From Azolla caroliniana (Eukaryota; Plantae; Polypodiophyta), in contig JBHGNT010000009.1 of NCBI GenBank assembly GCA_043228905.1, positions 17,050,001 to 17,114,000 on the forward strand: a stretch of DNA of 64,000 nucleotides. The letters run 5' to 3'. Of this stretch, positions 27,063-38,859 are shown in pieces. Below the pieces are notes generated by a model. It searched no databases and was not told where the DNA came from. It saw only the letters and a list, made by a program, of their open reading frames with translations. The translations under genes and the position numbers were made by a program. Numbering within the stretch: the first letter of the stretch is position 1; every line of letters begins with the position of its first letter.

Positions 27063-29777
27063 TATTTATTTTTTTATTTTTTTATTTTTTTAATGAAGAT
27101 ATCCTGTCATTAGTATAAACAAATTACAAGATTTTAAACCTCTATGTAATCGGCGGGGGAAACAACCATTTCGGTGGCTGAAAATGCCAATAAGGAGTAG
27201 TGTACCTGGATGTCACAAATGGAGTAGCTGTCCAGATAATAAGAAACTCCTGCCGTTGAGCAATTTTAGCATCAGAATCTCCCACTATACCATCCCATTG
27301 ACCCTTCAAAGCATGAACTATCTCTAACCAAATATTTGAAATCACTTCAGCAGGTGGTGTTTTCAGATTATGGAAAACGAGAGAACACCGAGCTTTCCAA
27401 ATGTGATAGACAGTGGTACTACTCAATATCTCCCATATTGGCTGAACTTCCTTCCTTACTCCTGAAAACTGTAATGACATCAGTGATAATGTACGAACAC
27501 TTCCATTTTTAGTGTAAAACCCATGGTCCATAGATTCGATGCCATAATGGAACACATCACGGGCAAGTGATGTCCAAACGACCATGCCCCAAGTGAGAAC
27601 CAACGGGGGAAAATAATTAGCGAAAATTCTAAGGAGCCGTTGCCATATCTGTTGAGAATCAATGCATTCCCATAAACAATGTTTTTGAGTTTCCGTTTGT
27701 AAATGACATCGAGTACAACATGAAGACACTCCCATCCTATGCAACCATGTGCCAACCGACAACGCCTTGTGTACAACTAACCACTGTACATGTAATATTT
27801 TGTGTTGCTGTTTTCTTGCCCATAAGATAGCCCATAATTTTGCAAGGAATTGGGGAGTAATACCTTGTTGATTCCAATATTGAGATGCAGCTGGTACCAC
27901 ATCACGTGTATCTGAAAGTACATGTCTTCCCAACTGTACAGAATATTGGAAGAAATTGAACTTGTTACCCGTGTAAGGATCTGTCCAATGATAGTCAATT
28001 GGGTCCCAATCTAATCTGAATACCGGTCTTTTAGCTAACACCCACAGCTTCCAATGTGTCCTTATTTCCTCTATCATTGGATCAATATACCATTTACGAT
28101 CGGCATATCCAATTATCCTTATCTTGTGCTCAATGGCATAGGGGTAATCTATCACCATTTCCCCGGACTGAGACAATTGATTTGTTTCATCCACCTCAAA
28201 CAACCGGTATGTCTTATCATTTGAATAACCCTTAACAGCCAAGAGTACTTCCAATCTTGAAAAAACCCCAATCCATCTATGGGTAGTGTTATTGGGTGGT
28301 ATGGGTTGTCTACTCATAGCTTCTTGAATTTGTTGGTACATTATATGTCCGCCATGCATATTACGTAAGATTTCTTTTTGTTCTTCCAACGATCGCGATA
28401 AAAATTCTTTCCAAGTCTGAACTGTTTTCGCGGGACCTTCTGTCATTTTTCCCCACGATAACCATTGTCTAGAACCCAACACAAAACCATCTGATGTTGT
28501 AAACAACGGGTTCCAAACTATCTTTTGTCTGAGATACTCAAGATAATGTTTGGGGTTCGGTTTATTGCGAAGCAAACCAGGTAGTACTTGTTTCCATGCT
28601 GCAAATAATGTCCTAATAAATTTGTCTTCCCATCTAGTGGATGAAGGTACTCGGAAATTTTCCCTAAATATCCAATTCACATCCTTCGACCAGGGAGCAC
28701 CTAAGCGAGGAAAGCAATCTGAGCAACGGTCAAGCAATAATACTTTCCATATCTCTTGCCCCGGCATAAATCCTCTAACGAGCAACTTACTTAACAATGC
28801 TCTTGATTGGTCCACTGGATCAATAATACCTAATCCTCCTTTAGAGCGAGGTAAGGTAATAACATCCCATTTCACTTTGGACCGAGCATTGCCTTCTGTT
28901 TTACCGGACCACAAGAAGTTACGAACCAATCTACGTATTTTCAGAATACATGACTTGGAGAATATCCAACATGACAAAACATACCATGTTGAAGCCAATA
29001 AAACCTGATTAGTCACTACAATCCGACCAGCAAAAGATAGCTTGGCTGAACTCCATAACAACAACTTTTTCCGCAGTGACAATAGGAGGGGTGCCACTTG
29101 ATTTTCCATTGAAAGATCAATACCTATCGTACACCCTAAGTATCGAACTGGACAACCTGATGGTATCCATTGAAATTGCGGGTGTGGACTCCATAGAGGA
29201 GGCTCTACATCCCCCACCCAAAATGCAGAGGACTTGTTCCAATTAACCAGTGCACCCGAAGCCTTACAAAATGTGGATATGGCCAATTCTGTTTTCTGCA
29301 GATTTTCCAAATCACCTTTTAAATATAGGGCAGTGTCATCTGCAAATTCAGCGTCCCTTACTTCTATATGTGAGAATGGGATGCGTATTCCGCGTATACC
29401 AATATCACCAGCATTCAAAAAGGAAATCATTGCCTCAGCAAAAAACAGAAACAAGAAAGGAGCTAAAGGACAACCCTGTCGAACTGATCGAGAAATAGTA
29501 AACAAAGGTCCATAATTCCCAACCAGTAAGACTCTGCTTTGTGCCGAATTATATAATGAAGAAATACCTTTTATCCATTCTTTCGAGAAACCAAAACGAG
29601 CCAGTACACCTTGTAAAAATTCCCAGTCAACACGGTCATAAGCTTTCTCAAAATCAAGCATAACAATGGCCAACTCTTGATTAGATTTGGCTGCCAAGGC
29701 AGCAGATTCCCAAAATGTATACACATTATCCAATATGCTCCTTTCCTGAATAAATCCTGTAAATATTGTATTATCCA
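27063..29777 (-). mobile_element. L1-clade LINE, 5'-truncated, young
   Basis: A-rich tail at 27063-27091; 17-bp TSD ATGTATGTATATGTTTT at 27046-27062 and 29778-29794; uninterrupted ORF2 part. Confidence 0.92.
27142..29760 (-). CDS. LINE ORF2 fragment (reverse transcriptase + C-terminal CCHC zinc finger), no native start
   Basis: Motifs LDFEKAYDRV, RQGCPLAP, FADD, YLG and CTRCHLQTETQKHCLWEC. Confidence 0.88.
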   Translation of the reverse strand, partial: TGFIQERSILDNVYTFWESAALAAKSNQELAIVMLDFEKAYDRVDWEFLQGVLARFGFSKEWIKGISSLYNSAQSRVLLVGNYGPLFTISRSVRQGCPLAPFLFLFFAEAMISFLNAGDIGIRGIRIPFSHIEVRDAEFADDTALYLKGDLENLQKTELAISTFCKASGALVNWNKSSAFWVGDVEPPLWSPHPQFQWIPSGCPVRYLGCTIGIDLSMENQVAPLLLSLRKKLLLWSSAKLSFAGRIVVTNQVLLASTWYVLSCWIFSKSCILKIRRLVRNFLWSGKTEGNARSKVKWDVITLPRSKGGLGIIDPVDQSRALLSKLLVRGFMPGQEIWKVLLLDRCSDCFPRLGAPWSKDVNWIFRENFRVPSSTRWEDKFIRTLFAAWKQVLPGLLRNKPNPKHYLEYLRQKIVWNPLFTTSDGFVLGSRQWLSWGKMTEGPAKTVQTWKEFLSRSLEEQKEILRNMHGGHIMYQQIQEAMSRQPIPPNNTTHRWIGVFSRLEVLLAVKGYSNDKTYRLFEVDETNQLSQSGEMVIDYPYAIEHKIRIIGYADRKWYIDPMIEEIRTHWKLWVLAKRPVFRLDWDPIDYHWTDPYTGNKFNFFQYSVQLGRHVLSDTRDVVPAASQYWNQQGITPQFLAKLWAILWARKQQHKILHVQWLVVHKALSVGTWLHRMGVSSCCTRCHLQTETQKHCLWECIDSQQIWQRLLRIFANYFPPLVLTWGMVVWTSLARDVFHYGIESMDHGFYTKNGSVRTLSLMSLQFSGVRKEVQPIWEILSSTTVYHIWKARCSLVFHNLKTPPAEVISNIWLEIVHALKGQWDGIVGDSDAKIAQRQEFLIIWTATPFVTSRYTTPYWHFQPPKWLFPPPIT

Positions 29778-30419
29778 ATGTATGTATATGTTTTATACTT
29801 GTGCTTAAGTATATATTGTATGTAAATTTATATGTATGTGTATGTTCTATATATGTGCATCTATATTGTATTGCATGCATATATATGTATGTGTTGTGTG
29901 TATGGATTGATGCATATATGCATGTTTATGTATGTATATGTTGTGTGTATGTATCTATGCGTATATGTATGTATGTACATGTTGCATTGCATTGTATTGT
30001 ATTGTATTGTATCGTTTTGTTTTAATTGCATTATTGTATATATGCATTGTATGTATGGCATGGGTGCATGTGTATGTATGGCATACATATTGTATTGTAT
30101 TGCATGTGACGTATGTATGGCATGTGGCTATGTATATATATGTATGTGTTGTGTGTATGTATCGATGTGTATATGCATGTATGTACATGTTGTATTGCAT
30201 TTTATTGTATTGTATCATTTTGTATTAATTGCATTATTGTATATGTGCATTGTATGTATAGCATGTGTCCATGCACGTATGTGTTATATGTGTGTATGTG
30301 TGTATCACATGTGTGTACATATGTATGTGCTATATGTGTGCGTGTATTCTATATTTCTACGTATGTATGTATGTATTATGTACATTGTATATATATCATG
30401 TGGCTATGTATGTATGTGT

Positions 30420-30483
<64 letters not shown>

Positions 30484-30722
30484 ATTGATGTACATATGCA
30501 TGTATTGTATTGCATGTGTATATATGTATGTGTGTGTATGTACATATTGTATTATATTGCATGTGTTCAATGTATCGTATGTATGGCATGTGTGTGTGTA
30601 TATATTCTTTACATGTCCATATGTATGTATTGTATGTATGGCACATGTGTATGTGTTATGTGTGTCTATTCATGCATTCAATACAATATCTACATACACA
30701 CATACAACACACACCACATACA
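29778..30722. repeat. TATG/TG low-complexity tract including (GT)n at 30422-30478
   Basis: Seen directly; strand polarity flips near 30670. Confidence 0.9.
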
Positions 30723-30794
30723 TGTTAGGAAATAGGTCCCTCTAGATGGGAAGTGAGAAGAACAGTGTTGATGAGCAAACTCGGCCGAGGCCGA

Positions 30795-30978
30795 AACCGG
30801 ATGTGGAGTACCCGGCAATGGAAGACCCGGTGAGAACCGGATGTGGAGTACCCGGCAGCAGAAGACCCGGTGAGAACCGGATGATGAGTACCCGGCAACG
30901 GAAGACCCGGCGAGAACCGGATGTGGAGTACCCAACAACGGAAGACCCGGTGAGAACCGGATGACGAGTACCCGGCAA
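30795..30978 (+). repeat. ~40-bp tandem repeat (~4.5 copies) in LTR U3
   Basis: Unit GAAGACCCGGTGAGAACCGGATGTGGAGTACCCGGCAACG. Confidence 0.85.
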
Positions 30979-31489
30979 GAGCCGGATGGCAAAGGCCCAG
31001 TGAGGAGTGCTCTCCGGATGAAGGGACATATTCGTAAATATGTTTTCTGAGAGTCCATCAGGGCTATATTTGTAAATAGCCGAAAAGTCATATTAGTATA
31101 AATATGACTTAGGGCAAACTTAGTGTGTTGTTGTTGTCATTCTTGTTGGTCCAAGATTTGAGCGCGTAACTTTGTACAGAGAGAGAGAGAGGAAGAGGTC
31201 GTTGCCTCTGTTGTAACCGCCGCCTGTGGCGAAGATAGCAAGCTCAAGGTCGTTGCCTCGGTGCTTTACTATTGTACATTGTGATATAGTGATAGTTTGC
31301 AGTCTGTGGGTGTGGTTTTTCCCTAGTTTGGGTTTTCCACGTTAACATCCTGTGTACTCTTCTCTTCACTAAGTCGTGTGTACCTTACCCATTTTCTGTG
31401 TTTGATCCTAGACTCGGTTGTGGCCGAGTGTTGTGCTTAGGGAGCGTGTATTCTTGTCAAAGTGGTATCAGAGCGAAACGACACAGAAA

Positions 31490-34400
31490 ATGGACGATTC
31501 GTTGGGAGGCATGTTCAAGCTCACCGGCTCCAACTATTCGGTGTGGAGGTCGAAGATGAGGGACATGCTCGTGGTTAAAGATATTTGATTGCCGGTTCAG
31601 TTCGGGGACAAGAGACTGGACAAAATTGACACCACGATATGGGAGATGATGCACATGAAGAAAACGACGTACATACGGTGCTTCATCGACCTCAATGAAG
31701 AGAGCAAGGCTCATGAGCTCTAGGAGAAGATCGGCATTATGTTTCAAAACAAAAATGTTGTTAATCAGGTTTTGGTATTTCGGAACCTAGTAAGACTCTG
31801 GTACCAAGATGGCTCCAGCATGGCGGAGCACATGAATGCCTTCCAGGGGCTGATCCACCAGGCAACATCATTGGAAGTACCTCTCGCCAATGAGGTACTA
31901 GCGCTACTCCTGCTCAGTTCCCTCCCAGATAGCTGGGAGACGTTGGTTGTCTCTTTGGGCAACGCCAGGCCGGAAGGGAAACGGTTATCCCTGGCAAGAG
32001 TGAAGTCAAGCTTGCTAGATGAGGAGGCTCGTCGGAAAGACAAGGATACGAACTCCGACTCCAAAGCGCTCATTACCAAATCGGAATGCGGAAGACAAAG
32101 GAACCGTAGTCCCCGGAACCGGGAGAAGTCGGGGACACGGTCAAAGTCAAGGGGGAAGCCTACTTGCTTCTATTGCCGCAAGCCGGGACAATTCCAGAAA
32201 AACTGTCGGCACTTCCGAAAAGACAAGGAAACCGATGGCACCGATTCGAAGCGGACACCGAACCGGAAGGGAACGATTGCAATCGCGGCAAGTGAAGAAG
32301 AGTCGATGCTCATCACCGAGGAGAGTGAGCTAAACCTTGCCGACGACGAGATGACCTGGGTGGTCGACTCCGGAGCGTCGTTCCACCTTACCTCGGACCG
32401 GAAATACTTCTCATCCTACTCAGCCGGTGATCATGGCTGTGTCCGGATGGGGAATGAAGGTACATGCCAAATTGTTGGCATAGGAGACGTGTGGTTGACA
32501 ACACCAACCGGATGCAAGAAGCTGCTGAAGGATGTCCGACACGTTCCGAAGGTTTGTTTGAACCTAATATCAGGCGATCGGCTAGATGATGAAGGCTACA
32601 CGGGTAGCATCCGGAACGGTGTTATGAAGTTCAGCAAAGGGAGCCTGATTGTGGCTCGGGCCCGGAAGGTAAACACGTTGTACTTGATGAATGCCCGGTT
32701 ATGCCCGAAAGAAGTGAACATGGCTTCCTACACTGCCAGTGAGCTGTGGCACAAGAGGTTGTGTCACATGAGCGAGAAGGGGATGAAGAGGCTTGCAGAC
32801 AACAACCTCATTCCAGTGAAGAACGTGCACTTGGAGAAGTGCACTGATTGTCTTGCCGGTAAACAAAACCGGACCTCCATCCGATCGAGGCCACCGATGA
32901 GACGTAATGCACCACTGGAGTTGGTGCATATTGATGTATGTCAAGTGGACACGAAGTCACATGCTGGATCGCAGTACTTCGTGACGTTCATAGATGACCA
33001 CAGTCGAAAGCTGTGGGCCACACCGTTGAAGAAGAAGGATCAGGTGCTATCCGTCTTCAAAGAGCTCCACGCGAGAGTGGAAAGAGAAACCGGCCGGAAG
33101 CTGAAGGCGGTTCGAGCAGATAATGGAGGTGAATACCGGGGGCAGTTCGAGGAGTACTATCGCTCGAAGGGAATCCGGCTCGAATTTACCATGCCGAAGA
33201 CGCCGGAACTAAACGGGCTGGCTAAGAGGATGAACCTGACCATAATGGAAAGGGTCCGGAGTATGCTGGCGGATGCAAAATTACCTAAGACATTTTGGGC
33301 TAAGGCGCTGTCAAAAGCAACGTATGTGATAAACAGATCACCCTCAGTGCCCTTGGATGGAGACACACCGCAGAAGGTGTGGACCGGTAAGGAAGTGTCC
33401 TACCGGCATCTGAAGGTGTTCGGGTGTCTCGCGTACGTGCATGTTGCTAAGGACCGAAGAGGGAAGTTGGATCCAAAGACCCAGCCATGCATATTCCTCG
33501 GATACGGCGATGATGAGTTCGGCTACCGATTGTGGGATCCGGTTGACAAGAAGGCTTTCCGGAGTCGAGATATTATCTTCATGGAGGACATGACTCTTGC
33601 CGACTGGGATTCAGAGAAGAAGATAATGAACTCCGATGAGATTCGGACACACCCGGCCAAGAGCCAGTTGACACTCGAGGAACCAGCCGATTACGGTGAG
33701 AATACCGAACCGGCAGAAGAAGAAGTAGAGGAAGCTGAAATCGGAACCGGTCAAGACCCCAAATCGGATTTGGATGAAGAACAAATAATGGAGCCGGTTG
33801 CCGAAGGCCAAAGACGGAGATATCCTCTCAGAGAGAGAAGGGCCCCTCGGAGATTTCCGGATGCAGAGCATGTGCTGATGATCGATGAGGGGGAGCCAGA
33901 AAACTTTGAGGAAGCTAAAAGTGACGCCCATAGCCGCAAATGGTTAAGTGCCATGCAGGATGAGATGGATTCCCTGCATGAGAACCATACGTACGAATTG
34001 GTGGAGTTGCCGAAAGGAAAGCCAGAATACGGATGCTGAAGAAGGCTCTCAACGGAACTTTCGCAATGAATGACTTGTGTCCCGCAAGACAAATGCTAGG
34101 GATGCATATCATCCAGAACTGGCCAACGAAGCAACTGTGGTTGTCACAAGAGAAATACGTGACAAAGGTGCTTCAACGGTTCAGCATGTTAGAAGCGAAA
34201 CCGGTCGGATCGACACTCCCGGCAAACTGCAGATTATCAAGTAAGCAAAGCCCGAAGACGAAAGTAGAGAAGGCTGATATGGTGAAGGTTCCATATGCCT
34301 CTGCCGTCGGGAGCTTAATGTACGCAATGGTGTGTACCTGACCGGATATAGGATACGCAGTCGGAGTGGTGAGCCGGTTTATGACTAATCCCGGCAAGGA

Positions 34401-34763
34401 GCACTAGAACGCGGTCAAATGGATACTCCGATACTTGAAGGGCACTTCGAACATGTGTCTCTGATTCGGCCTCGGTAAACCTCAACTTGACGGTTTTACC
34501 GATTCAGACATGTCGGCTGATGTGGATACCAACCGGTCTACATCCGGGTATGTAATGACATATGTAGGGGGAGTTGTTTCGTGGCAGTCGAGGCTGTAGA
34601 AGATGGTTGCATTGTCAACCAGGGAGGCGGAGTACATGGCGGCTGTGGAAGCCGGCAAAGAAATACTATGGATGAAGGACTTCATCGGAGAGCTCGGTAT
34701 CCGGCAAGATGAATACCGACTCTATTGCGACAGTCAAAGTGCCATCCACCTGGCTAAGAACGC
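31490..34763 (+). pseudogene. Copia gag-pol
   Basis: Motifs CFYCRKPG, WVVDSGAS, WHKRLCH and RADNGGEY; stops and a deletion are present. Confidence 0.88.
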
Positions 34764-34863
34764 TGTCGTAGTGTATTCCACACACTACGTGAAAACCATA
34801 AAATAATATATCTGATTTTAGATACATATAAATAAATAAATAATATATCAAAACATTTATCAC

Positions 34864-34931
34864 GTGCATAGGGTAGGATTCGAACCCTGCACCTCCACAT
34901 AGATAAACCCCAACTTTACCATTGTAATAAC
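34864..34931 (-). promoter_or_regulatory. tRNA-like Pol III module in LTR, antisense
   Basis: Reverse complement reads TTACAATGGTAA...GCAGGGTTCGAATCC. Confidence 0.55.
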
Positions 34932-35506
34932 TTATCTTTAGTGTTATATATATAGATTTAATACGTATAAGACCTTTATTTACACATACCTTTATTAAAA
35001 GGTAAAAATCATGTATTCTTTAGGGTGTGAATATTTTATTTACACGTGACATTAAAAGTGACTCATGCACATCTAGCGTGCATGAGCCCTATACTTAGGA
35101 AATGACAAAGCATCACATGCACATTTAGTGTGCATGGACACAGTTGGGGAAAAAGCATGAAGCCATGATTAGCCTCTTCCATCTTTATATAAGGAGGAGA
35201 GAAATATGTATAAGGTTGTGGATTAATATACAAGGATTGATCAATCCAATATATTCGTGGGATTCACGAATTTTGCCATCTAAATTACTCTTATAATCTA
35301 AATATTGTTTTAAATACACTAAACTCGTGGGATTCACGAGATTGCTATCTTACTTCTCTTTCCACTATTCATAACTAGCCTTAAGTTGTATTCCTCTTCC
35401 TCCTAGTCAAAAACCTCGGCGGTTCCCACCCGACTCACGCAACGATCCGGAGCCGAAGGGCACGACACAGTTGGTGAACCCGACGTGAAAACCGGGTGGC
35501 AAGGAG

Positions 35507-37222
35507 ATGGAAAATCAACCGGAGGCTAGCAACATGATGATGATGTTCGAGCGCATGCGACAAGAACAACACGCGATGTCAGAGATAGCGGCATCAGTGG
35601 AGCGGCTCGTGCAACAAAACGGGCAATTCAACGTGAAAGACGTGTCGCGGTATCTTCGGGACTACAAGGCAGAGATGCTACGGTGCGGAATATCGGAAGG
35701 ACTGCAAGTGACGTCCTTCAACCGGGTGGTGACCGACGGGCTTCAAGCAAGCATCCATGGCCTACGACAACAAAATCCGACATGGGAGGCGTTTGAAGAA
35801 GAGCTAAAGAGGACGTTCGCCATCGAGGATTCCTCCAAGGCGACGCGAAGGGGATTCGAAGATTGGGTGGAGACGCCGGACAAGGGATTGAAGGTCGTTG
35901 ATGTGTTTTCGGCATTCGAAAGCCGGTTCGGGAGGTTGTCCGTGAGAGATCAAGCTATCCTCGTACCGGACAAGGTGATCATGTTCTTGCAAGCCGTGGA
36001 CGTCCGGGACCGGAAAGATCTCGGAGTGCTCTTGGAGGACACGACCACGGAGAGTGGTCTCACCGAAACATGGGAAAGCGTGCGGGATATGGTCGCGCGA
36101 TACACGAAGAGGGGGCAATGGCTTGCCAACGAGGAAAAGAGGGTTTCGGAACCGATTCCGAAACCGAGAACCGGATTGGAAGACCATCAACTGAGGGCTC
36201 GGGAGACTACAACCGAGAAGGGGATTGATGCATCTACGGTGGAGCAACTATTGAATGAGATGGAGAATCTGAAGATCGCGATGGTGAAGAAGTCGGATGA
36301 CCGCCCCACAAGCTCCAAGTATACGGACCGACGGTGCATATGGTGCGATAGCGCCGAACACGATCGGAGGGATTGCGACGAGCATAAGGAGGCGCTACGG
36401 CGGGATCTCATCTACTACGAGGGAAACCGGATTCATTCGATGGACTCTCGGAAGCCACTTCGACCAAACTTCCGGAAAGGAGGCATGAAGAAGGTGCTCG
36501 AGGAGGAATTGGCAGCAAGAAGCAACTATGCGACAACCGCAGGAATATGTGTCGGGGAGGCATCGAGAGAAAAGATGTCTTTTTGGCCGGAAGTTCTAGA
36601 AAACACCGAGAAAACCGACTCCAACGAGATCCGAAGCACCGCGGAAGGTGTCCGGGAAGCTACGGGATGGGAGTGCCCTGTCGACAAGAATAGCGTATAC
36701 GCCCTATGTCAATTGCATAAGGTGTATGTGGACGAGAAACGACGACGCACGGAGGATGCGGCTGGGCCATCGAAGATACCGGAAAGCTGGAACTCCGGAG
36801 GTAAGGGAAAAGAAAAGGCGACTCCGGCATTCAAGCTCGCCTCGGACATAGAACAACAAACTGACTTGAAAAGAGTGTTCGAGGAAAGAATCTTGGAAAG
36901 CCGGGTAGATTTCTTGCTTCGGGAGCTACTCGGAATAGCAAAGAAGGAGTTCCACGATCTTCTCGTGGATCTCGTGAAGCGAAAAAGACAAAGTACGGAG
37001 GAAAATGATCTAAGGGTGAATGCGAACACTGTTTTAATGAACGACACCGAAGTGGAGGACGAAATTCCGAACTCCCACTATACAAGGCCACATTGGGCAC
37101 GCGCGACTACGGAGACTCCGGTCCAAATCGGCAACATCAAAGAACCCGTGCTAGCATTGATTGATCACGGATCGGAGATCAACTTGATGTCCAAGGAGTT
37201 CTACCGGGAAGTGGCCTATTAA
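35507..37222 (+). CDS. gag: Gypsy gag with protease N-terminal half (frameshifted at the end)
   Basis: 571-aa ORF with CX2CX4HX4C and ALIDHGSEINLM. Confidence 0.8.
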   Translation: MENQPEASNMMMMFERMRQEQHAMSEIAASVERLVQQNGQFNVKDVSRYLRDYKAEMLRCGISEGLQVTSFNRVVTDGLQASIHGLRQQNPTWEAFEEELKRTFAIEDSSKATRRGFEDWVETPDKGLKVVDVFSAFESRFGRLSVRDQAILVPDKVIMFLQAVDVRDRKDLGVLLEDTTTESGLTETWESVRDMVARYTKRGQWLANEEKRVSEPIPKPRTGLEDHQLRARETTTEKGIDASTVEQLLNEMENLKIAMVKKSDDRPTSSKYTDRRCIWCDSAEHDRRDCDEHKEALRRDLIYYEGNRIHSMDSRKPLRPNFRKGGMKKVLEEELAARSNYATTAGICVGEASREKMSFWPEVLENTEKTDSNEIRSTAEGVREATGWECPVDKNSVYALCQLHKVYVDEKRRRTEDAAGPSKIPESWNSGGKGKEKATPAFKLASDIEQQTDLKRVFEERILESRVDFLLRELLGIAKKEFHDLLVDLVKRKRQSTEENDLRVNANTVLMNDTEVEDEIPNSHYTRPHWARATTETPVQIGNIKEPVLALIDHGSEINLMSKEFYREVAY

Positions 37223-38859
37223 CACCAACCATGGATGGAAGATTCGGGCCGCCACCAAAGCAACGGAAGATCTATTTGCGGCTTGTCCGGATGTGACGGT
37301 GAAGATCGGGGATGTCGAGATTGACCAAAATTTCTTCGTGCAAGATGAGGTTTCACATTCCGTCATCCTCGGCCAACCCTTTATCCTCGGTCCGGATGGG
37401 GCATCTACGTACACGACTGTAACCGGAGGTTTGAAGAAAGGATACCGACAAGTGGAGGATAAGTTGCGGTCGGCATCAATAATAAAAGAAGATGAAGAAA
37501 TCATGGGGATAGTCGAAGAAGTGTTCTATGGGAGCACGTTACAATGACTTGAAGAGCTTGCAGAAGATAAAAGCCAAGGGAACCGGGTAGTCCAGGTGGA
37601 ATCGGTCGAGATGTATGAGATCATTGCGAAAATGGAGCCGGATACGCTCCGCAAAGAAGAAGCAATGGTAAGTACGAAATACAAGACCGTGGAGAAGAAG
37701 GTGAAACCGGCCGCGGGACCACTACCCACCGATAGCGAACAAAAGAGGAAAGAAGTCTCGGGAGATCCGACACTTCGGAAGTCCGTGGATATCAGACATG
37801 CCTTCACGGATGAGACCCGGAAGAAACTTCGGATCGGTGGAGGTGGGTTCCTATTACAAAAAGAAGAAGAACGGTTTCGCGAGATGTTGGAGCAACACGG
37901 CAAAGCATTTGCATTTACATCAAGGGAGATAGGGTGCGTCGATCCGAGAATAGTGGAGCCGATGGTGATCTTCACGATTGACCATGTACCGTGGAACCTG
38001 AAGCAGATTCCGGTGCCACGAGCGCATATTCCGAAAGTCATTGACTTGCTCAAGGAGAAGGTGGCGATGGGGATTCTAGAGCCATCAACTGCTCCGTACT
38101 CAAATCGATGGTTTACGGTTCTGAAGAAGAATGGGTCACTCCGATTTATCCAAAACTTGCAACCGGTGAATAAGGTCACGATCCGGAACTCGGGAGTCGG
38201 TCCGATAGTGGACGAATTTGCGGAAGCTTTTGCTGGTCGTGCAATATACTCCATCAGAGACCGATACTCGGGGTATGACCAATTCTAACTAGCCGTGGAG
38301 AGCCGAGACATCACAACCATGCGAACACCGATAGGATTAGTCCGAATGTGCACACTACCACAAGGAGCGACAAACTCGGTTGCTCATACGATGAACGTGA
38401 TGAACAAGGTGCTTGGATCACATAGGGTTTGTCGTCGGTCCGCTTCTTGAAAATCTTCACCCGCTTCCCAGCTATAGGAACTCGTAGTATTGTTCCATCC
38501 AATTCGGACAGTCGGTACGTTCCGTTGTCGAAGACTTTCCGAACCTCGTATGGCCCGAACCACCTTTTCGCGAATTTCCGCATCGTTGTATATTGATGGT
38601 CCAAACTACTGTCATAGATGATCACCCAATCTCCTTCTTCAATTTTCCTCGGTCGTAGTCGGTGCATTGTGTCGAACCGGCTTTTGTTCCGGAATCGTGC
38701 TTCTTGTTGTCGGCGTATTGCTTCCGCTATATCTGCCGGTCTTCCCTCTAGTTGTCATATCCGGACCGCTAGTAGTTCTTCCCGGCTCATCTCTTCCTTC
38801 CACGGTAGCACTGTCCATGTTGCGATCGCGGTTTCCGTCGGCATTACCGGTGCTTGTTC

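Larger units (their letters stand above)
30723..34763 (+). mobile_element. Tork/Tnt1-like Copia, degenerate, RT internally deleted, 3' end lost
   Basis: LTR 30723-31459; PBS TGGTATCAGAGC at 31463; gag-PR-IN ORF 31739-34039; deletion near 34020; RNase H cut by the LTR at 34764. Confidence 0.9.
34764..38414 (+). mobile_element. tRNA-Trp-primed Gypsy, copy B (LTR, gag-PR, partial RT; truncated)
   Basis: LTR 34764-35467 (TGTCGT...ACGACA); PBS TGGTGAACCCGACGTGA at 35472-35488; gag 35507-37222; RT start 37596-38414. Confidence 0.92.

Noticed and set aside
29761-29880. N-terminal 40 aa of the 912-aa LINE ORF as a real start or fusion
   Set aside because: Derived from flanking microsatellite and filler beyond the truncation point
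29801-30745. Cys/Val/Tyr/Met-rich ORFs
   Set aside because: Artefacts of the TATG/TG low-complexity tract
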